Virus record (IMG/VR): IMGVR_UViG_3300046779_001273
Location: 1 to 27,796 of that record
Length of the DNA: 27,796 nucleotides
Direction: 5' to 3' (one strand)
From: a virus
Taxonomy: Duplodnaviria; Caudoviricetes
Shown here: piece by piece, positions 18,265 through 24,742 of the stretch
Layout of the letters: each line of letters starts with the position of its first letter
How positions within the stretch are numbered: the first letter of the stretch is position 1
Notes under the pieces: generated by a model
What the model was told of the DNA's origin: nothing
Database searches by the model: none
What the model saw: only the letters and a program-made list of their open reading frames with translations
Program-made: the position numbers and the translations under genes

Positions 18265-19286
18265 TAAAGGCTTATACTAACAAACAGTTATGCTTTGACG
18301 ACATTCTTATTGTTCCACAGCACTCTTATGTTAATAGTAGAAGTAGCGTTGCCTTATCAATGAATATTGGTCGCAATTCGTATCTTGGATTGCCAGTAAT
18401 TGCTGCACCAATGGATACTGTCTGTGAATCAGATATGGCTTATACAATGGCTAAGGGCGGTGGTCTTGGAATTATTCATCGCTTCATGCCTTTTGAAAAG
18501 CAGTTGAAAGAGGTATCAAAGGCTTCTGCAAACGGAGTTGCTGTTGGTGCTGCCATTGGTGCAAAAGGTGATATTGAAGAACAGGCGATAAGACTGGTTG
18601 GTGCTGGTGCATGTGTAATTCTTATTGATACTGCAAATGGTCATAGTCAGTATGCTATTGATGCTGTAAAAAGAGTAAGAGATGCAGTATTAAATTTAGC
18701 ACACATTATGGCAGGTAATGTTTCAACAGCAGAAGGTTTTATTAGACTAGTTGAAGCAGGTGCAGATTCTGTTCGTGTAGGAATTGGCGGTGGAAGTATG
18801 TGTACAACTAGAATAGTTTCTGGACATGGAATTCCAACACTAGCATCAGTAATGTTAGTCAAAGAAGTAAAAGATTCTTTAGGACTAGATGCTGGAATTA
18901 TTGCTGATGGTGGTATCAGAAATACTGGAGACATGATTAAAGCTTTTGCAGCAGGTGCAGATGCAGTGATGCTTGGATCAATGTTAGCAGGAACAGATGA
19001 AGCACCTGGAAGTTTGATTATAAATGAAAATGGAAGATTTAAATCTTTTAGAGGAATGGCTTCTAAAGAAGCAAATGAAGGAAAAGATATTCCAATTGCT
19101 GAAGGGGTTGCTACAGTAGTTCCATACAAGGGCAAGGTAGAAGATATTCTAAAAGATATTAGAGGTGGTCTAGGAAGTGGATGCTCATATTCTGGGGTAA
19201 ATAAACTTAGATACCTTCATAAAGAAGCGATGTATGTGGAAGTATCATCATTAAGTAATAAGGAGTCAATGCCACATGGAAAATAA
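18261..19286 (+). CDS. IMP dehydrogenase/GMP reductase family enzyme lacking CBS domains (probably GMP reductase)
   Basis: FDDIL, APMDTV, GLGIIHR, DTANGH, AGNV, GIGGGSMCTTR (catalytic Cys), IADGGI, RGMAS, EG. Confidence 0.92.
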   Translation: MIKAYTNKQLCFDDILIVPQHSYVNSRSSVALSMNIGRNSYLGLPVIAAPMDTVCESDMAYTMAKGGGLGIIHRFMPFEKQLKEVSKASANGVAVGAAIGAKGDIEEQAIRLVGAGACVILIDTANGHSQYAIDAVKRVRDAVLNLAHIMAGNVSTAEGFIRLVEAGADSVRVGIGGGSMCTTRIVSGHGIPTLASVMLVKEVKDSLGLDAGIIADGGIRNTGDMIKAFAAGADAVMLGSMLAGTDEAPGSLIINENGRFKSFRGMASKEANEGKDIPIAEGVATVVPYKGKVEDILKDIRGGLGSGCSYSGVNKLRYLHKEAMYVEVSSLSNKESMPHGK

Positions 19287-19635
19287 TGAAACCTCTGAAG
19301 AAGAAGTTAATTCAATGATTGAGTTTTTAATTGAGAATGGAGCCTTAGAAGTTCTAGGTTTTGATAGTCAATCAGAATCATTTACATATAAGATCACTGA
19401 TAAGTGTAAAGAATTATACCCAGAATTATATGAAGCACATTTCTCACATGTTGGAGATTTAGCAATGTCTTTATGGCAAAAAGATTTAATTGACATTATA
19501 TTTAATGATAATGGACCAACTATTGGAATGACCGTTGAACAATTTGACTATGCAAAGAATAACCTTGAGTCATTTGAAGATGACGAAAGACTATTTTTAG
19601 ATGCAATTATTAGCCATTACGAAAATGGTGTATAA
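19276..19635 (+). CDS. Acidic hypothetical protein
   Basis: 119 aa, overlaps the previous stop, AAGGAG upstream. Confidence 0.75.
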   Translation: MENNETSEEEVNSMIEFLIENGALEVLGFDSQSESFTYKITDKCKELYPELYEAHFSHVGDLAMSLWQKDLIDIIFNDNGPTIGMTVEQFDYAKNNLESFEDDERLFLDAIISHYENGV

Positions 19636-19645
19636 TTAAACTATG
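19627..19645 (+). promoter_or_regulatory. -10 promoter with leaderless start
   Basis: GGTG-TATAAT (19631-19636), then 6 nt, then ATG 19643. No SD and no -35. Confidence 0.65.
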
Positions 19646-21106
19646 CCAATTAAAGAAGGTCAATACGTTATTAGAAGAAACTACGGTGGATGCAGGGGCT
19701 ATGCCGTTGTTGGTGCAGGAGGCATTCATGGATGTCATACAACAAGAGCAGCAGCAATCAATCAGCAAAGAGCTATCTATGCCTCAAAAGATGCCCAAAA
19801 AGTTTTCAAAGCAGATGAGTGGGAGGGCGAACCTCTTTATAACTCACTCTCTGAAGATGAAAAAGCTTTTGCAGATTCATTATTAAAACTATCAGAAGAG
19901 CTTGGACCACTAGATCAGTCAGAAGGCATTTGGATTGGCTATGAAGATGCAGCGTCAAATGAAAATGCTTCAATTGGTGTTAAGTGCGGTAACTGTGCTT
20001 TGCATAAATCTTCTGTTGCTTGTGCAATCATTTCTCAGCAAATTGAAGAAGAGGGTGCTTGTAGACTAGCTGTAATTCCAGATGGATATGTTTCAGTAGA
20101 TGGAAAAAATTCTGGAGATGAGTTTATGGAAATGAATCCTGAAATGTCAAAGGCTGACTCAGTTAGAGTTGGTCAAATGGTATCGTGGAATTCTAGTGGT
20201 GGTACTGCAAGAGGAAAGGTTGTAAGAGTTGTTAGAAATGGATCTATTAACGTTCCTAATTCTGACTTTACAATTACAGGTACTCCAGATAGTCCAGCAG
20301 CACTAATTAGAATTTATAGAGATGGTAAGCCAACAGACACCCTAGTTGGTCATAAAGTAAATACTCTTCGTGTATCAGCTTCAAAGTCTCACGATGATGT
20401 TGTTGGAAATGATGATGTTCCAAACACCAGACCACATTCATTAGAAGAGTGTGATGACGATAATTGTCCACAACACAGCATGGATAAAAGAGACTATTCT
20501 GAAAAAGAAAGACAGGTTTTAGCTAGAAGAGATATGGCTTTACCAGATGGATCTTTCCCAATTGTAACGGTAAGAGATCTTAGAAATGCTATTCAATCAG
20601 TTGGTCGTGCATCAAACTATTCAAAGGCTCGTAATCATATAATTCGTAGAGCAGAAGCACTTGGTCGTACAGATTTGCTTCCAGAAGAATGGAGACCAAA
20701 ATCAGCACAGAAAGCATTTGCAGTAGAAAAGAGAGCAGTATCAGATATTGATCTTACTCCAACAGAATCTATGGCAAATAATGCTCGTAGAGGTCTTGAA
20801 TTAAGAGATAAGTTTAATCGTGGTGGAACTGCTGTTGGCGTTGCTCGTGCCCGTGACCTTGCTAATCGCAGACAACTAAGTCCAGAGACAGTAGCAAGAA
20901 TGTATTCATTTTTCTCTCGTCATGAAGTAGATAAGAAGGGCAAAGATTGGGACAATGCAGAGCGTCCTTCTAATGGTAAAATTGCTTGGCTACTTTGGGG
21001 TGGAGATTCTGGATTTGCTTGGGCAACTCAAAAATGGGAAGCAATTCAAAATGCTAAAAAGTCTGATGATACTTGGACAGACTCACCATTCTCATTTTAT
21101 AAGTAA
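19643..21106 (+). CDS. Multidomain protein, probably virion head-associated (candidate polyprotein)
   Basis: 487 aa made of about 5-6 short modules (Cys/His module, 4-Cys HiPIP-like, Tudor/SH3-like VSW..SGG.ARGKV, DGSFPI module, AWLLWGGD module) joined by Lys-containing linkers. Confidence 0.8.
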   Translation: MPIKEGQYVIRRNYGGCRGYAVVGAGGIHGCHTTRAAAINQQRAIYASKDAQKVFKADEWEGEPLYNSLSEDEKAFADSLLKLSEELGPLDQSEGIWIGYEDAASNENASIGVKCGNCALHKSSVACAIISQQIEEEGACRLAVIPDGYVSVDGKNSGDEFMEMNPEMSKADSVRVGQMVSWNSSGGTARGKVVRVVRNGSINVPNSDFTITGTPDSPAALIRIYRDGKPTDTLVGHKVNTLRVSASKSHDDVVGNDDVPNTRPHSLEECDDDNCPQHSMDKRDYSEKERQVLARRDMALPDGSFPIVTVRDLRNAIQSVGRASNYSKARNHIIRRAEALGRTDLLPEEWRPKSAQKAFAVEKRAVSDIDLTPTESMANNARRGLELRDKFNRGGTAVGVARARDLANRRQLSPETVARMYSFFSRHEVDKKGKDWDNAERPSNGKIAWLLWGGDSGFAWATQKWEAIQNAKKSDDTWTDSPFSFYK

Positions 21107-21118
21107 TAGGAGGCATAT

Positions 21119-21487
21119 ATGGAAAAGCTCTCTTTCACACAAGTTATTTCATTATGCCTAATTACAATAAACTCTTTATCAACAAATATATTCATTAATC
21201 TTAACAAGATCAGACAGGATAAGTTAATAATGTTTTTTAAAAGTCTTGAGGTTGATTTAAGAAGAAATGGAAGAAGTCAAATGACTGATATTCTTGATAA
21301 GGGGATGGTCAAAGTTGCTATATGTGAAAATGTCGCCTACTGGGTTGTCGATAATGAAATATACAGGGCAGAGGTAGATAAAGATGGCAGAGTTGATAGC
21401 GAAAAAGCATCAGTAGTTGATGTATTTAATTTATCTGAAAAAGAAGTTGAAAAACTTCTTGTAATAATAGATAGTATAAAAGAGTAG
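21119..21487 (+). CDS. Hypothetical protein
   Basis: 122 aa with AGGAGG RBS. Confidence 0.7.
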   Translation: MEKLSFTQVISLCLITINSLSTNIFINLNKIRQDKLIMFFKSLEVDLRRNGRSQMTDILDKGMVKVAICENVAYWVVDNEIYRAEVDKDGRVDSEKASVVDVFNLSEKEVEKLLVIIDSIKE

Positions 21488-21495
21488 TGTTTAAG

Positions 21496-21524
21496 TTGAC
21501 ACTAGAGGTTATAACTGGTACAAT
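21496..21524 (+). promoter_or_regulatory. Sigma70-type promoter heading the accessory operon
   Basis: TTGACA (21496-21501), 17-bp spacer ending TGG, TACAAT (21519-21524), intergenic. Confidence 0.85.
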
Positions 21525-21548
21525 TGTGTTTCCAGAAAGGATAGAAAA

Positions 21549-21899
21549 ATGATTATTGCCGTTGAGGGTACTAAGTCATTCTCTGACTATGAATTGTTCA
21601 TGAGAGGTATGGCTGTTGCATTGTCAACCCCTAATGAAAGTAATGAAATTCAAGTATGGTCTTTAGGACCACATAAAATTAATAGTTTTACTGCAGCGTT
21701 TTGTAATTCCTCAGAAAACTATTTAAAAGCAAAAGGTTTTAAAGTATCCTTTTCAAAGGTAAATGCCGATTATGTTAGACAGTATGTTGATTATGTAGAT
21801 TATTATGCATACTTTAGTCTTCCAAAAGAGCCACTATCAAAGCTCACTGCATGGATAGAGCATAAAGAAGGCGTAGAGCTTGGAATATTTAGGTACTAA
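21549..21899 (+). CDS. Hypothetical protein, possibly SLOG/YspA (DUF2493)-like
   Basis: The N-terminus IIAVEGTKSFSDY resembles the SLOG 'IxGSRxFxDY' start. The rest is divergent. Confidence 0.55.
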   Translation: MIIAVEGTKSFSDYELFMRGMAVALSTPNESNEIQVWSLGPHKINSFTAAFCNSSENYLKAKGFKVSFSKVNADYVRQYVDYVDYYAYFSLPKEPLSKLTAWIEHKEGVELGIFRY

Positions 21900-21900
21900 T

Positions 21901-22164
21901 ATGAGTTTAAATACATGGTCGATTATAGTTTTTGCAGCACACTTTATTTTTTATGTTGCAATGTCAGTAGTAATTATGACAAAATCAAACTTGTCAAAGT
22001 TAATATGGTTAATATTATCGTGGGTCCTTTGGATGATAGTTACGTTATGGTATGGAATTGATACAGGTCAGATAGGCTTTATATTAATTTTTGTATTTCA
22101 ATTTATTGTAACGCTTGGTAGTATTATTTTTAGTGCAGAAAGATATATAAATGAAAATCAATAA
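21901..22164 (+). CDS. Membrane protein with three predicted TM helices
   Basis: Three strongly hydrophobic segments. The ATG at 21901, just after the previous stop, is the likelier start. Confidence 0.75.
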   Translation: MSLNTWSIIVFAAHFIFYVAMSVVIMTKSNLSKLIWLILSWVLWMIVTLWYGIDTGQIGFILIFVFQFIVTLGSIIFSAERYINENQ

Positions 22165-22375
22165 CCTTGAAGAGATGGAAAAAATTGTTGAAAAAAATCC
22201 ATCGCTAAAGTGGAATGGATGGGATGTTGAATATCACGATATCTCTGACGATGGCTTCATGAAGCTTAATGGTGTATACCTTCCAGATAATGGGTGGGGA
22301 ACAAAACAAGTCTTTAAACTAAAAGATGGAGTTTGGGACATTCCAGATAATATCTTAAGGAAGGGCGATGTATAA
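22151..22375 (+). CDS. Hypothetical protein
   Basis: 74-aa ORF overlapping both neighbours. Confidence 0.75.
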   Translation: MKINNLEEMEKIVEKNPSLKWNGWDVEYHDISDDGFMKLNGVYLPDNGWGTKQVFKLKDGVWDIPDNILRKGDV

Positions 22376-22649
22376 ATTTGGAGAAGATGCTTCTTGTAGA
22401 GATATGGACTTCAATTTATTCTTTGATAAATATGAAGAAGATCATTCGTTAGCAAAAAAGGTAGACTTACTATGTATAAAATGTCCAGCCCAAAGACAAT
22501 GCATTGCTTATGCAGTTAGCAATAAGGAGTGGGGAGTTTGGGGTGGAGTATATTTTGAAGATGGAAAGATATCTAAAGAATTTAATCAACATAAGACAAA
22601 AGAGGACTGGTTCGATGTATGGACTGGTGCAACTATGGAGAAAAATTAA
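22368..22649 (+). CDS. whiB: WhiB-family Fe-S transcription factor
   Basis: C...FF...CIKCPAQRQC (four Cys) plus the GVWGG turn. Confidence 0.93.
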   Translation: MYKFGEDASCRDMDFNLFFDKYEEDHSLAKKVDLLCIKCPAQRQCIAYAVSNKEWGVWGGVYFEDGKISKEFNQHKTKEDWFDVWTGATMEKN

Positions 22650-22903
22650 TGTACACTGATGCAATGAGAAGGGCTATAAGACAAATAAAGCCACCAAAAG
22701 ATTTTTCTATAGGTATTGTTGATTATGATAAGTTTTTGTCAATTCAATTCTATGAAAGTGAATGGAGACATTTGAATGACAATGAAAGGCTCCGATGCAT
22801 AAAGTATATGACAGCGGTAAAGAAAATTCTAGAAAGCTATGGAACAAGTGTAACGCTTGATCCTATTCTAGATATACACTACAAAGATACAAGAGAGATA
22901 TAG
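22649..22903 (+). CDS. Hypothetical protein
   Basis: The ATG at 22649 (MYTDAMRRA) is TAATG-coupled to whiB and preferred over 22619. Confidence 0.75.
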   Translation: MYTDAMRRAIRQIKPPKDFSIGIVDYDKFLSIQFYESEWRHLNDNERLRCIKYMTAVKKILESYGTSVTLDPILDIHYKDTREI

Positions 22904-22910
22904 AGGAGAT

Positions 22911-23330
22911 ATGATGGCTACACAAATTACTGTAGTTGGAAATCTAGTAAGAGATCCTGAACTAAAGGATTTCAGTGGAGGAAAACTTGCAAAGATTCGC
23001 ATTGCAAGTACAGAAAGAGTACAAGACCCAGCTGGTTCTTGGAAGGACGGAGAGACTGCATTCTATGATGTTGTTTGCTGGAGAACTCTAGCAGAAAATG
23101 TTTCTAAGTCACTTTCAAAGGGAAGCAAGGTAATCGTACACGGAAAGCTCAAGTACCGTGAATTTGATCGCAAAGATGGTACAAAGGGTAATGCCTTTGA
23201 AATTGATGCAACTGAAATTGGTCAGTCGCTATCCTTTAAAAAGTCAGCTTTTTCTAATAAAACAAATACAAATGTTGTAAATGACGTTGTAAATGTTTCA
23301 GAGGTTGCAGAAGAAGACCCTTGGGCATAA
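22911..23330 (+). CDS. ssb: Bacterial-type single-stranded DNA-binding protein
   Basis: ITVVGNL.RDPEL, F..V.CWR.LAEN...SL.KG..VIV.GKL and an acidic tail EEDPWA (actinobacterial-style DPW). Confidence 0.93.
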   Translation: MMATQITVVGNLVRDPELKDFSGGKLAKIRIASTERVQDPAGSWKDGETAFYDVVCWRTLAENVSKSLSKGSKVIVHGKLKYREFDRKDGTKGNAFEIDATEIGQSLSFKKSAFSNKTNTNVVNDVVNVSEVAEEDPWA

Positions 23331-23334
23331 TTAT

Positions 23335-23368
23335 GGAACGCCCCTGAAACATGGGGCGTTTCACATTT
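23335..23368 (+). terminator. Hairpin, probable intrinsic terminator after ssb
   Basis: GGAACGCCCC (23335-23344)/GGGGCGTTTC (23353-23362) stem with one G-U pair and an 8-nt loop. Weak U tract. Confidence 0.65.
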
Positions 23369-23404
23369 GACAAATAAGAAAGATTTTGGTAAAGTATAGA
23401 TATG
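23367..23404 (+). promoter_or_regulatory. Sigma70-type promoter with leaderless start
   Basis: TTGACA (23367-23372), 17-bp spacer ending TGG, TAAAGT (23390-23395), 6 nt, ATG 23402. Confidence 0.75.
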
Positions 23405-23575
23405 CCAGTATATACATATTCATGTGAAAAGTGTGAAGATATTAAAGAAATTGTTAAGGCAATGAGTGACCCAGATCCTGATAAGTGTCCAGACTGTGGA
23501 AGCGATGTTAAAAGAGTATTTAGTGTTGGCGGAATTCAGTTCAGAGGAAAAGGCTTTTACAGCACAGGAGGATAA
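23402..23575 (+). CDS. FmdB-family zinc-ribbon protein (not in ORF track)
   Basis: 57 aa MPVYTYSCEKC...CPDCGSDVKRVFSVGGIQFRGKGFYSTGG, matching the MP.Y.Y.C..C / CP.CG / FxG.GFY.T signature. Confidence 0.9.
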   Translation: MPVYTYSCEKCEDIKEIVKAMSDPDPDKCPDCGSDVKRVFSVGGIQFRGKGFYSTGG

Positions 23576-23579
23576 TGTC

Positions 23580-24065
23580 ATGCAAGTTTTCTTGCCTGAA
23601 AATAGTTTTGCAGAGTGTGCAAAGGTATTAGATACAAAACGTTTAGTTAAACAACTTCTTGAAGGTCGTCAAATTATGACTATCCTTGCAAATGAATCTC
23701 CAGGTGGTGCTTGGAAGAATCATCCTGCTGTAAAGATGTTTGTTGGATACGAGTCTTCTTTATACAACTATCTTAAAGCTATTAGAAACGAAATGGAATT
23801 TAGAGGGTATAAGTGGGAAAAGAATTGGGATGTTATTACAGATACATACAAGAGAAACTTTTCTAGCCAACCTAAAGACTCAACCCCAGAGTGGATGCAA
23901 GACGATAGATGGATTCGTGTTGTAACAACTCATAGAGGACGGCTATATGAAAAAGCTCCAGAATTATATCCACAATATAACAAGGAAGCGTCTACTTTTA
24001 CAAATATGGTATGCTGTCCAGATAAATGTACATACTACTGGGTAACACATGAGGATAAAAAATGA
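23580..24065 (+). CDS. Pyrimidine-dimer DNA glycosylase / MSMEG_6728-like protein
   Basis: MQVFLP...A.VLD.KRL.KQ..E..QI...W.NHPAVKM..G...E...RGY...P.W...HR..L..K.PE.Y. True start is ATG 23580 after AGGAGG, not 23466. Confidence 0.8.
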   Translation: MQVFLPENSFAECAKVLDTKRLVKQLLEGRQIMTILANESPGGAWKNHPAVKMFVGYESSLYNYLKAIRNEMEFRGYKWEKNWDVITDTYKRNFSSQPKDSTPEWMQDDRWIRVVTTHRGRLYEKAPELYPQYNKEASTFTNMVCCPDKCTYYWVTHEDKK

Positions 24066-24178
24066 AAAAGAATGAATGTTGGTTTTGTGAAGAATCATAT
24101 GAAGACATTCTTGATTTAATTGCACACTTAAGAGAAGTTCATAATCAATTAGCTAATCCAACAAGGAAAAGACTGTGA
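24062..24178 (+). CDS. 38-aa C2H2 zinc-finger micro-protein (not in ORF track)
   Basis: MKKNECWFCEESYEDILDLIAHLREVHNQ... with GAGGA RBS, an ATGA overlap upstream and a GTGA overlap downstream. Confidence 0.75.
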   Translation: MKKNECWFCEESYEDILDLIAHLREVHNQLANPTRKRL

Positions 24179-24345
24179 CTTTAGTTGAAAAAGTAAAACG
24201 CATGATGAAAGAGTATGAAATTGAAAATGGTCCAATATCAGATGAAGACTATGAAAAAATATTTGTTCACTTCTATCTGATGTATAAGGATCAGTATCTT
24301 GATTCAGCAGTAAAGTCTTTAAGGTCAGATGGAAAAAAAAGATGA
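24175..24345 (+). CDS. Hypothetical protein, 56 aa (not in ORF track)
   Basis: GTG start overlaps the previous TGA and its stop overlaps ATG 24342, filling the gap exactly. Confidence 0.65.
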   Translation: MTLVEKVKRMMKEYEIENGPISDEDYEKIFVHFYLMYKDQYLDSAVKSLRSDGKKR

Positions 24346-24548
24346 GTGATTTTAAAGAAAAGCTTGATGCCTTATGCGATAGCTATGAATTAGAAATTTA
24401 TGCATTAGATGCTACAATTCAACGTGTGCGTGAACTGCATCGATATCTTCCATGTAATTGTGGTGACGGAATATGCACAGGATTTTGTGAAGTATGTGAC
24501 GATGAATACCCTTGCCCTACTATCAAAGCCCTAGACGGTGAACAGTAA
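24342..24548 (+). CDS. Small Cys/His-rich phage protein
   Basis: IQRVRELH...CNC...C..FCEVC...YPCPTIKALDGEQ. Confidence 0.75.
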   Translation: MSDFKEKLDALCDSYELEIYALDATIQRVRELHRYLPCNCGDGICTGFCEVCDDEYPCPTIKALDGEQ

Positions 24549-24742
24549 TGGATGCCGTGTCTCAAATGCCAAGAGTTAGATGCGGTTGCAAAGGATGCCG
24601 TGTAGCTCGTCAAGAGGTAAAAGAAGATATTTTAAATAAAATTATTACATATGCAGAAATGTTTGACAAAGAAGGTGAAGATTTGGTACAATATAATCAG
24701 GTCGCAGAATTTCTGTATGAATTAGTAGAAAGAGAAAAGTAA
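24548..24742 (+). CDS. Hypothetical protein
   Basis: 64 aa with CGCKGC. TAATG-coupled on both sides. Confidence 0.7.
   Translation: MDAVSQMPRVRCGCKGCRVARQEVKEDILNKIITYAEMFDKEGEDLVQYNQVAEFLYELVEREK

Noticed and set aside
21901-22164. Three-TM protein as a holin
   Set aside because: There is no adjacent endolysin and it lies in a whiB/ssb operon, so the function cannot be supported.
23466-23579. N-terminal extension of the 199-aa ORF
   Set aside because: It overlaps the clear FmdB gene (23402-23575) in another frame. The family-typical start MQVFLP at 23580 has its own AGGAGG.
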